Shown piece after piece: positions 44,742 to 54,658 of a DNA stretch of 64,000 bases. This DNA comes from Candidatus Dormiibacterota bacterium. Its GTDB lineage: Bacteria > Chloroflexota > Dormibacteria > Dormibacterales > Dormibacteraceae. A program made the translations under genes and the position numbers. A model generated the notes under the pieces. The model saw only the letters and a list, made by a program, of their open reading frames with translations. It was not told the origin of the DNA and searched no databases. Numbering within the stretch: position 1 is the first letter of the stretch; each line of letters begins with the position of its first letter. The stretch is from contig DASXNH010000025.1 in NCBI GenBank assembly GCA_036495195.1, positions 17,524 through 81,523 of the forward strand, written 5' to 3'.

Positions 44742-45650
44742 ATGGCGAAGGTCGGGATCATGATCGAAGGCCAGGAGGGTCTCACCTGGGACCGGTGGCG
44801 TCTCATCTGCCACGACGCGGAGGCCCTGGGCTTCGACTCGCTGCGCCGCAGCGACCACCTCTTCTCCGTGATGGGCGTGGTCGAGCGAGACGCCCTCGAA
44901 TGCTGGACCTCCCTCGCTCTCGCCGCCGAGTGGACGAAAACGATCGAGTTTGGACCGATGGTGAGTCCGCTGACGTTCCGACCACCCGCGCTCCTCGCGC
45001 GGATGGCATCGGCGGTCGACATCCTGGCCGGCGGCCGCCTGATCCTTGGCGTGGGAGCCGGCTGGTACGAACGCGAGCATGTCGACAACGGCATCCCCTT
45101 CCTGACCATGGGCGGCCGCATGGACCTGCTCGAGGAGGGCATCAAGACCATCCGCGCAACCTGGGACACAGCCAACCCGAAGCCACCGCGCGGCAAGATC
45201 CCGCTGCTGATGGGCGGAAGGGGCGAGAAGCGGGCGCTGCCGATGGTCGCGCGCGAAGCGGTCGAGTGGAACCTCTCCCACATGGACGCCGATGAGTACC
45301 TGGAGAAGAAGAGGGTTCTGGACGCCGCGTGTCGCGCGATCGGTCGCGACCCGTCGAGCATTCGTCACTCGGTGATGGCGAACTTTCTCATCGGGAGGGA
45401 TCGCGTCGAGGTGCGCGAGAGGGCGCTGCAGATGCGCGAGATCATCCCCAGCCTGAAGGACCTCGATGCCAACCAGATCATTGCCAAGGTTGGTGAGCGA
45501 GGACTGGCCGGCACCGCTGATGAGATTGCGGAACAGATCAACAGGTATTCGCAGCTGGGTGTCGAGCTCTTCATGCTGCAGCACTTCCTGCTCGACGACC
45601 GCGACGCGTTGAAGCTCCTCGCGGAGGAAGTGATCCCCGCCGTCGCCTGA
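44742..45650 (+). CDS. LLM class F420-dependent oxidoreductase
   Basis: Luciferase-like monooxygenase fold sequence (FDSLRRSDHL, LGVGAGW, LLMGGRGEKR). It resembles the Rv1855c-type F420 family. Confidence 0.88.
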   Translation: MAKVGIMIEGQEGLTWDRWRLICHDAEALGFDSLRRSDHLFSVMGVVERDALECWTSLALAAEWTKTIEFGPMVSPLTFRPPALLARMASAVDILAGGRLILGVGAGWYEREHVDNGIPFLTMGGRMDLLEEGIKTIRATWDTANPKPPRGKIPLLMGGRGEKRALPMVAREAVEWNLSHMDADEYLEKKRVLDAACRAIGRDPSSIRHSVMANFLIGRDRVEVRERALQMREIIPSLKDLDANQIIAKVGERGLAGTADEIAEQINRYSQLGVELFMLQHFLLDDRDALKLLAEEVIPAVA

Positions 45651-45664
45651 CGCTGCTGTCAGGC
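45645..45664. terminator. hairpin spanning two convergent stop codons (GCCTGAC-6 nt-GTCAGGC), no U-tract
   Basis: A 7-bp perfect stem read directly from the sequence. It contains the TGA stops of both convergent genes. Terminator function is speculative. Confidence 0.3.
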
Positions 45665-46429
45665 CAGCTGGCCCGTCGCGATCAGCTCGTTCTTGCGGTC
45701 CTGCCGAGCCGTCACGGCCCGTACCACGAGGATAGCCAGAACAGCCGAGCCGATCAAAAGCAAATTTCCAACGACGATCAACGAATCGCCCACCGCCACC
45801 GCGCCGGAATCCGTGTTGCTGCTGAGACGGCTGCCGATGTTGCTCACCAAGTTGCCAACCAGCCACAGGCTCCACCAGCCGATGATCACGCCCGGCACCT
45901 TCATGGCCTTACGTTCCACGACGTTGATCCAACGACGGCTCGAATCGGAGCCTCTCCACGCTTCGAGGGTTCCAGACATCGGGTGGGCCAGATTCAGGAA
46001 GGGTATGAAGCAGCGCCCGACCGCTCCGGCCGGCGACCAGCGCGGATCCCACGAACCAAGGGCGGGCATGTTGCGGACTACCCGATGAACCCACATGCAG
46101 AAGAAGACGATCGAAGGAATGAGAGTCCCGAAATAGACAACCAGCACCAGCAGGGCGCCCAGGCCAACAAGCACGGCCTGCGTGTCGGAAGCGGTCGGGG
46201 AGCCCGCCGCCGCGAAAAGAACGTTGAATGCGCCCAAGACAACCAGACCAACGATGCTGGCCAACAGGAAGATGGTCACCAGCCTCGCGCGCAGGTGGGC
46301 TGACTCGTACGGCCGCGCCCACGGCGCCGGTGGAGGCGCGACCGCGGCCGGCGCCGAGTTCGGAATCCATTCGGTTCCGTTCCAGAGCCATTTTCCGTCA
46401 GGAGAGATCTGCCCCACCGGTTGGACCAT
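45659..46429 (-). CDS. DUF4328-like membrane protein
   Basis: N-terminal GKWLWNGTEWIP motif, four hydrophobic helices, and a FIPFLNLAHP...AWRGS signature reminiscent of DUF4328. Confidence 0.7.
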   Translation of the reverse strand: MVQPVGQISPDGKWLWNGTEWIPNSAPAAVAPPPAPWARPYESAHLRARLVTIFLLASIVGLVVLGAFNVLFAAAGSPTASDTQAVLVGLGALLVLVVYFGTLIPSIVFFCMWVHRVVRNMPALGSWDPRWSPAGAVGRCFIPFLNLAHPMSGTLEAWRGSDSSRRWINVVERKAMKVPGVIIGWWSLWLVGNLVSNIGSRLSSNTDSGAVAVGDSLIVVGNLLLIGSAVLAILVVRAVTARQDRKNELIATGQLA

Positions 46430-46480
46430 CTACCCGGATCGTATAACGACAACGGCCTGTGGTTGAACTAACTTAGAGAG

Positions 46481-47626
46481 ATGGACTTCGACCTCGGCGA
46501 AGGTGAGAAAGAGTTTCGCGACGAGGTTCGGGCCTGGCTCAAAGCCAACGCCCCGAAGAGCGACGCGGCCGAGAGCGACCACGAGACGCTCGTCGCCAAC
46601 CGCCGAGCCTGGCAGAAAAAGTTGTTCGAGGCCGGCTACGTCGGCATCACGTGGCCGAAGGAGTACGGCGGTCGCGGCGGCGACTTCATGCACCAGCTGA
46701 TCTTCAACGACGAGATGATCGTGGCCCAGGCTCCAGATCCGATAAACGTGATTGGCCTCGGCATGGGCGGCCCGGTGGTGATCACTCACGGAACCGAGGA
46801 ACAGAAGAAGAGGTACCTTCCTCCACTTCTGTCAGCCGAGGAGATCTGGTGCCAGGGGTTCAGCGAGCCGAATGCGGGCAGCGACCTTTCCGGCCTGCAA
46901 ACCCGCGCCGAGGACATGGGCGACCACTATCTCGTGAACGGCCAGAAGGTTTGGACGACCCTCGCGCACATCGCCAAGTGGTGCATGTTGCTGACGCGCG
47001 AGCGCAAGGAAGACAACCCGCGACATGGCCTGACCTATCTGCTGGTCGATATGGAGAGTCCTGGGGTCGAGGTGCGACCGCTAGTGCAGATCACCGGCGA
47101 CGCGGAGTTCAACGAGATCTTCTTCAAGGACGTGAAGGTGCCCAAGTCGCAGGTGCTCGGCGAGCCCGGGGAGGGCTGGGCCGTTGCGATGACGACTCTT
47201 CTGCACGAGCGGGGCACTCTCGGCATGGCGCTGGCGACGCGGGCCCAGATCACCGCGGCCGAGCTGGCCGAGCACACCCGCAAGCTGGGGCGCGGTTCGG
47301 ATCCATTGGTGCGGCAGAAGGTCGCCCAGTACACGATCGAGGCGCGAGCCCTTCAGCTCAACGGGTACCGGGCGTTGACCGCCATGAAACGAAATGGAAT
47401 TCCTGGCCCCGAAGGCTCGATTCTCAAGCTGATGTGGTCGGAGCTCAACCAGCGCATGGCCGAAACCGCGGTCGACGTCGCTGGCCCATCGGGCCAGGTC
47501 GGCGAAACCAGCGGTTGGAAGTACCAGTTCCTGCGCTCGCGCGCCAACACGATCGAGGCGGGTACCTCAGAGGTGCTGCGAAACATCCTCGCCGAGCGAG
47601 TGCTGGGCCTGCCACGAAGCCGCTGA
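46481..47626 (+). CDS. acyl-CoA dehydrogenase
   Basis: ACAD layout (FSEPNAGSDL, GQKVWTT, C-terminal IEAGTSEV with a catalytic Glu context). Confidence 0.9.
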   Translation: MDFDLGEGEKEFRDEVRAWLKANAPKSDAAESDHETLVANRRAWQKKLFEAGYVGITWPKEYGGRGGDFMHQLIFNDEMIVAQAPDPINVIGLGMGGPVVITHGTEEQKKRYLPPLLSAEEIWCQGFSEPNAGSDLSGLQTRAEDMGDHYLVNGQKVWTTLAHIAKWCMLLTRERKEDNPRHGLTYLLVDMESPGVEVRPLVQITGDAEFNEIFFKDVKVPKSQVLGEPGEGWAVAMTTLLHERGTLGMALATRAQITAAELAEHTRKLGRGSDPLVRQKVAQYTIEARALQLNGYRALTAMKRNGIPGPEGSILKLMWSELNQRMAETAVDVAGPSGQVGETSGWKYQFLRSRANTIEAGTSEVLRNILAERVLGLPRSR

Positions 47627-47639
47627 TCGAGAGCGTCAG

Positions 47640-49241
47640 TTGACGGCTGTCGCCACTCGGACCCCAGAATCGGCATCTCCAGAGAAACGCGTCGACCGCG
47701 CCGTCATGGCCGTCTTCGCGGGCCTGATGCTCGGCTCGCTGATCGCCTCGCTCAACCTGACCCTCGTCGCGCCCGCCCTACCGACGATCGTGGCGGAGCT
47801 TGGCGGAATCGCGGACTACAGCTGGATCCCGATCTCAGCGATGCTCGCGTCGACGATCGTCGTGCCGATAGCCGGCAAGCTCTCGGACATCTACGGCCGA
47901 AAGCCGCTGTACATGACCGGGATCGTCGTCTTTGCGGTCGGGTCTCTGCTGTCGGGCATTGCCCCGAACTTCTGGTTCCTGGTTTTCGCCCGCTTCGTGC
48001 AGGGCGCCGGGATGGGATTCATCATGCCGCTGTCGCAGGCGATCATCGGCGACATCATCTCGCCACGCGAGCGCGGCAAGTACCAGGGCATGCTGGGAGC
48101 GTCCTTCGGCCTCGCATCGATTGTTGGTCCGGCCGCGGGCGGTTTCATCACCGATCACTACTCATGGCGGTGGCTCTTCTTCGTCAACCTGCCTTTCGTA
48201 GTCCTGACGTTGGTGGTGGTCGCCCTCTACATGCACGTCCCGAACGAGACGCGGAAGCATTCGATCGACGTCGCCGGCAGCGCAACCCTGTCATCGGGCA
48301 TCACCGCTCTTCTCCTCGCGACGGTGTGGGGCGGAAATCAGTATCCGTGGAGCTCGTGGCAGATCATCGGTCTCTACTCCGTCGCCACGATGCTCTTGAT
48401 CGCCTTCGTATGGATCGAGACGAGAGCGCCTGAGCCGGTGCTGCCGCTCCACCTGTGGAAGAGCCGCATCTTCACCTTCTCCAACATCGCTGGGATGTGT
48501 GTGGCCATGACGATGTTCGGCGCCATCTTCTTTCTGCCCGTGTTCGTGCAGGGAGTTACCGGCAACAGTGCGACCAACTCGGGTGCGATTCTCGTCCCGA
48601 TGCTGGTGGCGATGGTCGTCACAAGCATTGGCAGCGGCCAGCTGATGTCACGCACCGGCCGGTACAAGCTGCTGCTGCTTGGTGGCCTCGTGTTCATGGG
48701 CGGCGGCTTTGCGATGCTTGCCACCTTCGACATCCACACGACCAACCAGACTGTCATCGAGGCGATGATCCTCATCGGTCTCGGCCTGGGCGTCACGATG
48801 CAGACCTTCACGCTGGTGGTCCAGAACTCGGTGAGCCGCACCGACATGGCGGTCGCAACATCAGCGACCCAGCTGTCGCGCTCGATGGGCTCCGCCATCG
48901 GCCTGGCCGTCCTGGGAACCATCCTTACCCAGGGCCTCACCAGCTCCCTGGCACGCTACCTTCCACCAGACGCGCTGAAGGGGTTCCAGTCTTCGACCGG
49001 AGGCGCCGGCGCGGTTTTCGATCCCAGCCAGCTCGCCCATCTACCCCCGGCCATCGCCACCGCCATCCGTCATGGGCTCTCGGACGCACTCCATCCCGTC
49101 TTCGTGGCAGGGCTGATCATCATCGCCCTCGCCTTCATTGCGACCCTCTTCATCGAGGAGCTGCCGCTGCGCCAAACGGCGCACGTGACCGCGGGGCGGG
49201 CTCGACCGGAAAGCCCCAACGAGGTGAAGTCAGCCCACTGA
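47640..49241 (+). CDS. MFS transporter, DHA2 (EmrB/QacA, 14-TM) family
   Basis: 533 aa with about 14 hydrophobic segments. Motifs GKLSDIYGRKP and WRWLFFVNLP. Confidence 0.9.
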   Translation: MTAVATRTPESASPEKRVDRAVMAVFAGLMLGSLIASLNLTLVAPALPTIVAELGGIADYSWIPISAMLASTIVVPIAGKLSDIYGRKPLYMTGIVVFAVGSLLSGIAPNFWFLVFARFVQGAGMGFIMPLSQAIIGDIISPRERGKYQGMLGASFGLASIVGPAAGGFITDHYSWRWLFFVNLPFVVLTLVVVALYMHVPNETRKHSIDVAGSATLSSGITALLLATVWGGNQYPWSSWQIIGLYSVATMLLIAFVWIETRAPEPVLPLHLWKSRIFTFSNIAGMCVAMTMFGAIFFLPVFVQGVTGNSATNSGAILVPMLVAMVVTSIGSGQLMSRTGRYKLLLLGGLVFMGGGFAMLATFDIHTTNQTVIEAMILIGLGLGVTMQTFTLVVQNSVSRTDMAVATSATQLSRSMGSAIGLAVLGTILTQGLTSSLARYLPPDALKGFQSSTGGAGAVFDPSQLAHLPPAIATAIRHGLSDALHPVFVAGLIIIALAFIATLFIEELPLRQTAHVTAGRARPESPNEVKSAH

Positions 49242-49294
49242 GCTGACGTGCTTGCCCGCGACGATCGCAGGCAATGTATGCATGATTCCGCTCT

Positions 49295-50059
49295 ATGGAG
49301 TCGATTTCGACTCGCGAGCCGCGGGTGCTGTGGTCGTTCTGGGTGGCTTGCGGCCTGGCAGCGACCGGCGCCATCGCGTCGATTGTGCTGGCGCCGAGCG
49401 ATCTGAGCCGCGCCCTCGGAGTCGCCATTCCCTTCGCGCTCGCCGCTGTCTTGCTTGGGATCATGGCGCTGACCTACCCGCGCGGAAAATCCTGGGCGAC
49501 CGCCCTCTACATCCTGGCCTGGATCGCGGTCGTCTATGGCATCCTGCGGATGATCGCGGTACCGCTTCAGCAGGCGGTGATCGGAGCGTGTCCGGTGTCG
49601 GCGGATGTGTGCGCGCCAGGTTTGTCCCGCCCCTTCGGCACGGGCGAAACCGTCGCCATCGCGGTGGGCATCATCACCGGTGCACTGGCTCTCCAGGTCG
49701 GGTTGTTCGGACTCAGGGCGATCTATCGGAGCGCTCGCAAATACGGGCCGGCGAGCTACGCAACCACTCCGCCGACCCGGGTCATTCCGACCAGAACAGA
49801 GCGTTCCCAGTCCCCGGCTGAAACCGAAACCGTGGCCACGCAACCCGGCAGCGCTCCAGAGCCTGCAGCCTCCCCCGCTCCGGCACCCTCGAAAATCCGC
49901 AAGCCGCGGGCCAAGCGGAAGGCGGCGATCGCTGTCGAACCGGCACCTGAAGCAGAGCAGGCCGAGCTCCCAGCTCATCAGGAGCCGGCCGAGCTGCCGG
50001 CGCATCAGGATGCCCCGGAGCTGCCTCCGCATTCGAGCCGGACCTCCGAGGACCCTTAG
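49295..50059 (+). CDS. membrane protein with Pro/Ala/Glu-rich C-terminal tail (hypothetical)
   Basis: Four or five hydrophobic helices, then a disordered tail. The tail contains the in-frame repeat AELPAHQEP/AELPAHQDAP/ELPPH (49961-50032). Confidence 0.55.
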   Translation: MESISTREPRVLWSFWVACGLAATGAIASIVLAPSDLSRALGVAIPFALAAVLLGIMALTYPRGKSWATALYILAWIAVVYGILRMIAVPLQQAVIGACPVSADVCAPGLSRPFGTGETVAIAVGIITGALALQVGLFGLRAIYRSARKYGPASYATTPPTRVIPTRTERSQSPAETETVATQPGSAPEPAASPAPAPSKIRKPRAKRKAAIAVEPAPEAEQAELPAHQEPAELPAHQDAPELPPHSSRTSEDP

Positions 50060-50071
50060 ACTCGACGGCGC

Positions 50072-51202
50072 ATGGATTTCGCTTTTTCCGAGGAGCAGGA
50101 GATGCTCCGCCGCTCTGCTCGCGACTTCCTCACCAAGGAATGCGGATCGAAGGTGGTCCGCAGGGCGATGGAGCAACCCGATGCTTACGACCCTGCTCTA
50201 TGGAAGAAGATGGCGGGCCTCGGCTGGACCTCGCTCGGCATCCCCGAGCGGTACGGCGGGGCGGGCAGCTTCCTCGACCTGATCGTCGTGCTCGAGGAGT
50301 GCGGGCGCGCTCTGCTCCCCGGACCGTTCTTCGCCACGATGGCCCTTGCCGTGCCGGCGCTGATCGAGGCGGGAACGGAATCTCAGAAGAAAGAAGCCCT
50401 CGGCGCCATCGCCGAGGGCAAAGCACGTGCAACGCTGGCGATGACAGAGCCTTCGGGCCGATGGGATGCCGGTGGTGTGGCGCTGGCGGCGAAACCGGTG
50501 GCCGGCGGCTGGCGCCTGGACGGAGTGAAGCTGTTCGTGCCGGATGCCGAAAGCGCGGATTACATGATCGTCGCCGCGCGCACGCGAGGCGACGGCGACG
50601 AGGGCATCTCGCTGTTCCTGGTCAAGGGGCGACCCAAGGGCATGAGCATCACTCAGCTGCTGACGCTGGACATGACGAGGCGCTGGAGCGAGGTGCGTTT
50701 CGATGGGGTGCAACTGGATGCCGATGCCCTGATGAGCGCGCCGCATAAGGGTTGGCCGCCGCTGAAACGAGCTCTCGAGTGGGCGACCGCGGCTCTGTGC
50801 GCGGAGATGGTCGGCGGCGCTCAGAAGGTGCTCGAGGATTCGACCGAGTACGCCAAGACGCGACACCAGTTCGGCAAGCCGATCGGCATCTACCAGGCCG
50901 TGTCTCACAAGCTCGCCGACATGCTCGTGCTGTCAGAGAGCGGACGCTCCGCGACTTACTACGCGGCGTGGACGGTCGAGGCTGATGCGCCAGATCGATC
51001 GCTCGCGTCCTCGATGGCCAAAGCCTACGTCTCCGACGCCTACCGCAAGGTGGCGGGCGACGGCATCCAGGTGCACGGCGGCATCGGCTTCACGTGGGAG
51101 CACGACATGCACCTGTACTTCAAGCGGGCCAAAGCGTCAGAGGTAACCCTGGGCGATGCGACGTACCACCGTGAGCTGGTGGCGCAATCGCTCGACCTCT
51201 AA
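50072..51202 (+). CDS. acyl-CoA dehydrogenase family protein
   Basis: ACAD fold sequence (TEPSGRWD, GIGFTWEHDMHLYFKRAK). Confidence 0.9.
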   Translation: MDFAFSEEQEMLRRSARDFLTKECGSKVVRRAMEQPDAYDPALWKKMAGLGWTSLGIPERYGGAGSFLDLIVVLEECGRALLPGPFFATMALAVPALIEAGTESQKKEALGAIAEGKARATLAMTEPSGRWDAGGVALAAKPVAGGWRLDGVKLFVPDAESADYMIVAARTRGDGDEGISLFLVKGRPKGMSITQLLTLDMTRRWSEVRFDGVQLDADALMSAPHKGWPPLKRALEWATAALCAEMVGGAQKVLEDSTEYAKTRHQFGKPIGIYQAVSHKLADMLVLSESGRSATYYAAWTVEADAPDRSLASSMAKAYVSDAYRKVAGDGIQVHGGIGFTWEHDMHLYFKRAKASEVTLGDATYHRELVAQSLDL

Positions 51203-51286
51203 GGCCCGACTGTTACCAAGAATTCGCGTGTCAGCAGTTGACGCGCCCTTGTCGGAACGTTCCGCCAATTCACAGCCGCGAGCGAC

Positions 51287-53671
51287 CTATCCGCCGGCGA
51301 GAAGCCTGAAGACCACGACTCCAAACAGCGCGCACGCGGGCAGGACGAGGCCCCGGAACAGCGACCAGTAGCCTGACCACGCTTCGCGCAAGCGGTCGAG
51401 CCTGCGGCCCGAGCCGAACACCAACGACCAATAGATTGGCAAAGCGGCCCCCGTGTTCAAAGCGAGCGCCAGCAGCGCGATGCCGCCGGCCCCCACCAGC
51501 CAGGGCTGAAGGGGTGTGGCTCCCCCAAATCCCACCTGGATCCCCCATGCAGACGACGCAGCGACCAATCCCAACAGGGCCGGCACACCGAGCAGGAAGA
51601 ACGCGGCAAAGCTCACGATCACGAGCGCGAGCATCAAGGCCAGCGTCGCCACGATGCCCGCCAGGGCCGCCGCGGCGATGGTGACGCCGCTGCCGGCAGG
51701 AGTGTTGCTCGACACCAGCGCCGCTGCCGATGGCGGGGCGACCGTCGACGCCGACGCGGCCATCGACTGGACGTCAGACCAGGAGTGCCAGTGCGCGCTC
51801 GACGAGACGGTCGCGGCGATCCCAGCCGGTGCCAACGCGAGCAGCAGCCCGGCAGCGATGGCCGCTGCGTTGCGACGTATCAGCGCGACGGGCAGCCACA
51901 CTCGCGGCTTTCTCGTCCGTCCCAGCCCGGTCTCCATCAGCCGCTCGCGGTCGAACGTCGTCCCGCACAGCACAGTCAACGCAAAGCACGCCGTGATCGG
52001 GAGCAGCAGGGACGCGGGGGCAAGCGGAGAGCGGAAGACGAACAGCGCCAGTGGAAGGTCTGCCACCGCGGCCGAAACTGGTGAGAGCAAGAACGACCAG
52101 GCGCCGCCAGCCGCGCCCTCGCGGGGGAAGAGCATGAAACCCAGCATTCGTCCCATCGCGGCCCAGTACGCCGTCACCGCGGCGACGAAGGCGAAGATGG
52201 GCAGCAGGTCCCACGGCGCGTTCTGTCCGAACAGTGTCAGCAGGGTCATGCCGGCCGCCATCCAGAACGTGACCCAGACGGTGCTCACCACCGCCCCCGG
52301 CAGCACCTCGAGCCAGATGAGCGACGGATCGTCGATTGGCGTGTACAGCAACACCTCGAGCGACGACTGCGCTTTCTCCCACCAGATGCCGATCGAGCTC
52401 TTGATCGATTCGAGCAGCGCGAACGACATGAAGAAGAGCGGCAGCAGCAGACCAGCCAGGAGCGCGGTGCCGCCCGCGGCGAAACGCTCCGCGACCTGTC
52501 CGGCCACCCCCGGAAGCTGCCCGAACAGCGAGGTGCCGGCAACGAGAAGGAGCACGAACGCGTTGAGGTACATGACCCAGCTCAGGTCGCCCCGCCGCCA
52601 CCATGAGCTGACATAGAACGGCAGCGAATTCCGCAGCAGGTTCCATTGCGACCCGAGCGACGCGAACATGCGAGGAGCGCCGATTCCGGAAACCACGGGC
52701 GGCGCAGGCATGGGCACAGACGACGGCGAGACCGGCTCCTCCATCGCCTTCAGATAGACCGACTCGAGGCTCGTCTGCTCCTCCTGCAGCTCGTGGAATG
52801 GCGCTTCCTGGCTGGACAGGCGCCGCTGCAGCTCGGCGGCGAATGCCGCACGGTCGGCGACCGTGGCCGACCACGGCAGCATGTACGTCAGGTGGTCGCC
52901 GGCCAGCGTGTGCTCGACCGCGTGCTCGCTGAGCCAACGGTTCAGCGGCTCGGGGTCCGCGACTGCCTTGCTCAGGTCGGCCGAAAGGCGCCGGCCCTTC
53001 GCTGCTTGCTGCCTCAGGCTCTCGAGCGTGCCGCGGGTGACGATGACGCCTTTGCGCATGATCGCGATGCTGTCTGCCATCAGCTCCGCCTCGCTCAGGA
53101 CATGCGTGGTGACGATCAGCGCGGCGCCGCGCGCCTTCTGCTCCGCGAGGTAGTGGCGCATGTCGGCCGCCGCGACAGGGTCGAGGCCGGCGGTGGGCTC
53201 GTCGCAGAAGATCCAGTCGGGGTCGTGCAACGTCGCGCGGATGAGCGCCACCTTCTGCGCCATACCACGCGAGAAGGCGGCGAGCACCGTGTCGGCGCGA
53301 TCTGACAGCTCGAAACGCTCGAGCAGGTCCGCGATCTTCTTCCGCCGTTCGGCCTGGGGAACCCCGTACAGGTAGCCGAAGCGGTCGAGGTACTCGGGTG
53401 CGGTATTTCGTCCGTACAACCGCGCCTGGTCGGGCACGACCCCAAGTCGCGCGCGAACCTCGTCCAGCTTCTTGGGGAGCCGAAGGCCATCCAGCTCGAT
53501 CAGGCCGGCGTCGGGACGCAAGATGCCACCGAGGCAGCGCAGCGTGGTCGACTTTCCGGCCCCGTTTTGCCCCAGGAGCACGAGCAGCTCACCCCGTTCG
53601 ACGTGCAGGTCGACACCATCGACGGCACGCACGTCACCGAAGCTCTTGCGGAGGCCCTCGACCCGAATCAC
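51287..53671 (-). CDS. fused ABC transporter: ABC-2-type ATPase plus large polytopic permease region
   Basis: N-terminus has Walker A GQNGAGKSTT, signature FSRGMAQK, and Walker B IFCDEPTAGLD. About 480 aa of hydrophobic helices follow in the same ORF. GTG start. Confidence 0.85.
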   Translation of the reverse strand: MIRVEGLRKSFGDVRAVDGVDLHVERGELLVLLGQNGAGKSTTLRCLGGILRPDAGLIELDGLRLPKKLDEVRARLGVVPDQARLYGRNTAPEYLDRFGYLYGVPQAERRKKIADLLERFELSDRADTVLAAFSRGMAQKVALIRATLHDPDWIFCDEPTAGLDPVAAADMRHYLAEQKARGAALIVTTHVLSEAELMADSIAIMRKGVIVTRGTLESLRQQAAKGRRLSADLSKAVADPEPLNRWLSEHAVEHTLAGDHLTYMLPWSATVADRAAFAAELQRRLSSQEAPFHELQEEQTSLESVYLKAMEEPVSPSSVPMPAPPVVSGIGAPRMFASLGSQWNLLRNSLPFYVSSWWRRGDLSWVMYLNAFVLLLVAGTSLFGQLPGVAGQVAERFAAGGTALLAGLLLPLFFMSFALLESIKSSIGIWWEKAQSSLEVLLYTPIDDPSLIWLEVLPGAVVSTVWVTFWMAAGMTLLTLFGQNAPWDLLPIFAFVAAVTAYWAAMGRMLGFMLFPREGAAGGAWSFLLSPVSAAVADLPLALFVFRSPLAPASLLLPITACFALTVLCGTTFDRERLMETGLGRTRKPRVWLPVALIRRNAAAIAAGLLLALAPAGIAATVSSSAHWHSWSDVQSMAASASTVAPPSAAALVSSNTPAGSGVTIAAAALAGIVATLALMLALVIVSFAAFFLLGVPALLGLVAASSAWGIQVGFGGATPLQPWLVGAGGIALLALALNTGAALPIYWSLVFGSGRRLDRLREAWSGYWSLFRGLVLPACALFGVVVFRLLAGG

Positions 53672-53724
53672 TTTCCGAATCCTAGAGACGCGTCGTGCAA
53701 CCGGTTTGCAGTAAGTGCGATTCC

Positions 53725-54054
53725 TTAGATCTTTTCGAAAGAATCGACAGGCACCACGAACACCGTCGCGCCGCCGACCTGGACCTCCACCGGGAACGCC
53801 CCCATGAAGTCGCCCGGTTCCGCAACCGGCATGACCGGTGTCAGGAAGCGGCTGCGTTCGCGACAGTTATCGCGGATGATCTGGAGCGTCTCGGGCACCT
53901 TTTCCTCATCGACCCCGACCAGAAGCGTCACGTTGCCCTGTTGCAGAAAGCCACCCGTTGAGCTGACACGGGTCGAGCTGATGCCTGCCTGGCCCAACGC
54001 CTCGACGGTGCGCTGCGCGTCCTCGCCCTGAACGACGGCGATGACGAGCTTCAC
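53725..54054 (-). CDS. darA: PII-like cyclic-di-AMP receptor (DarA/PstA, DUF970/YaaQ family)
   Basis: 109 aa. MKLVIAVVQGEDA...STGGFL..GN.TLL.GV...V is YaaQ-like. It overlaps tmk by 4 nt, matching the tmk-yaaQ synteny of Bacillus. Confidence 0.85.
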   Translation of the reverse strand: MKLVIAVVQGEDAQRTVEALGQAGISSTRVSSTGGFLQQGNVTLLVGVDEEKVPETLQIIRDNCRERSRFLTPVMPVAEPGDFMGAFPVEVQVGGATVFVVPVDSFEKI

Positions 54055-54656
54055 GACAGTGCGTCGACGGCGGGTTTGACGCGGCTCATCACCTTGTGGT
54101 GGACTGCCTCCCTCGATTCGCTCGCGTCAAGGCGGGTGATTCGTTCCGGCTCCGCCACGGCCAGCCGCTCGTACTCCGCGGCCACACGGTTGTGAAACTC
54201 GATCGACTCGCGCTCAACCCGGTCGGCGCTCTTGCCTGCGCTCAGCTGGCGCTCCCGCCCTTTTTGCACGGGCAGGGCTAGAAGAAACGTCATGTCGGGT
54301 CGGGGAAACGTGGCCGGCCACGTCACCGGGACGCCGCGTCCGCCCCCTTGATAGGCAAACGTTGAGTCCTGGTAGCGGTCGGCGATGACGATGCGGCCGA
54401 GCGCCAGCGCCGGCATTATCAACTCTTGAAGAAGCTGACGTCGCGCGGCCATGAACAGGTACATTTCGGCTTCTCCGTCGAGCTCCATGCCGCTGTTCAG
54501 AACCACCTCGCGCAACCGTTCGCCCAACTCGGTGCCGCCAGGCTCGCGGAGCATCAACGGCTGGCGGTAAGACAGTTTCTCGCCCAGCAGCTCGACCTGC
54601 GTCGTCTTGCCCGAGCCCTCGGTGCCCTCGAACGTGATGAAGAGGCCTCGTGCCAT
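54051..54656 (-). CDS. tmk: thymidylate kinase
   Basis: FITFEGTEGSGKTTQ P-loop, DRY motif region (ADRYQDST). Confidence 0.92.
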   Translation of the reverse strand: MARGLFITFEGTEGSGKTTQVELLGEKLSYRQPLMLREPGGTELGERLREVVLNSGMELDGEAEMYLFMAARRQLLQELIMPALALGRIVIADRYQDSTFAYQGGGRGVPVTWPATFPRPDMTFLLALPVQKGRERQLSAGKSADRVERESIEFHNRVAAEYERLAVAEPERITRLDASESREAVHHKVMSRVKPAVDALS

Positions 54657-54658
54657 TT

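Noticed and set aside
44597-45875. Two long minus-strand ORFs (254 aa and 380 aa) across the LLM oxidoreductase gene
   Set aside because: They are antisense to a clearly recognisable luciferase-like F420 oxidoreductase, and their composition (R/G/P/A-rich, no motifs) is typical of shadow ORFs.
46430-46480. AACGACAACGGC string in the spacer upstream of the acyl-CoA dehydrogenase, vaguely like a tmRNA tag-coding region
   Set aside because: The spacer is only 51 nt with no tRNA-like acceptor or T-arm sequences nearby, so it cannot hold a tmRNA.
49070-50176. 368-aa minus-strand ORF and several overlapping plus-strand ORFs around 49250-50280
   Set aside because: These are Arg-rich shadow frames. 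The plus-strand frame at 49295-50059 has hydrophobic helices and coherent repeats and is the better model, though it is only moderately supported.
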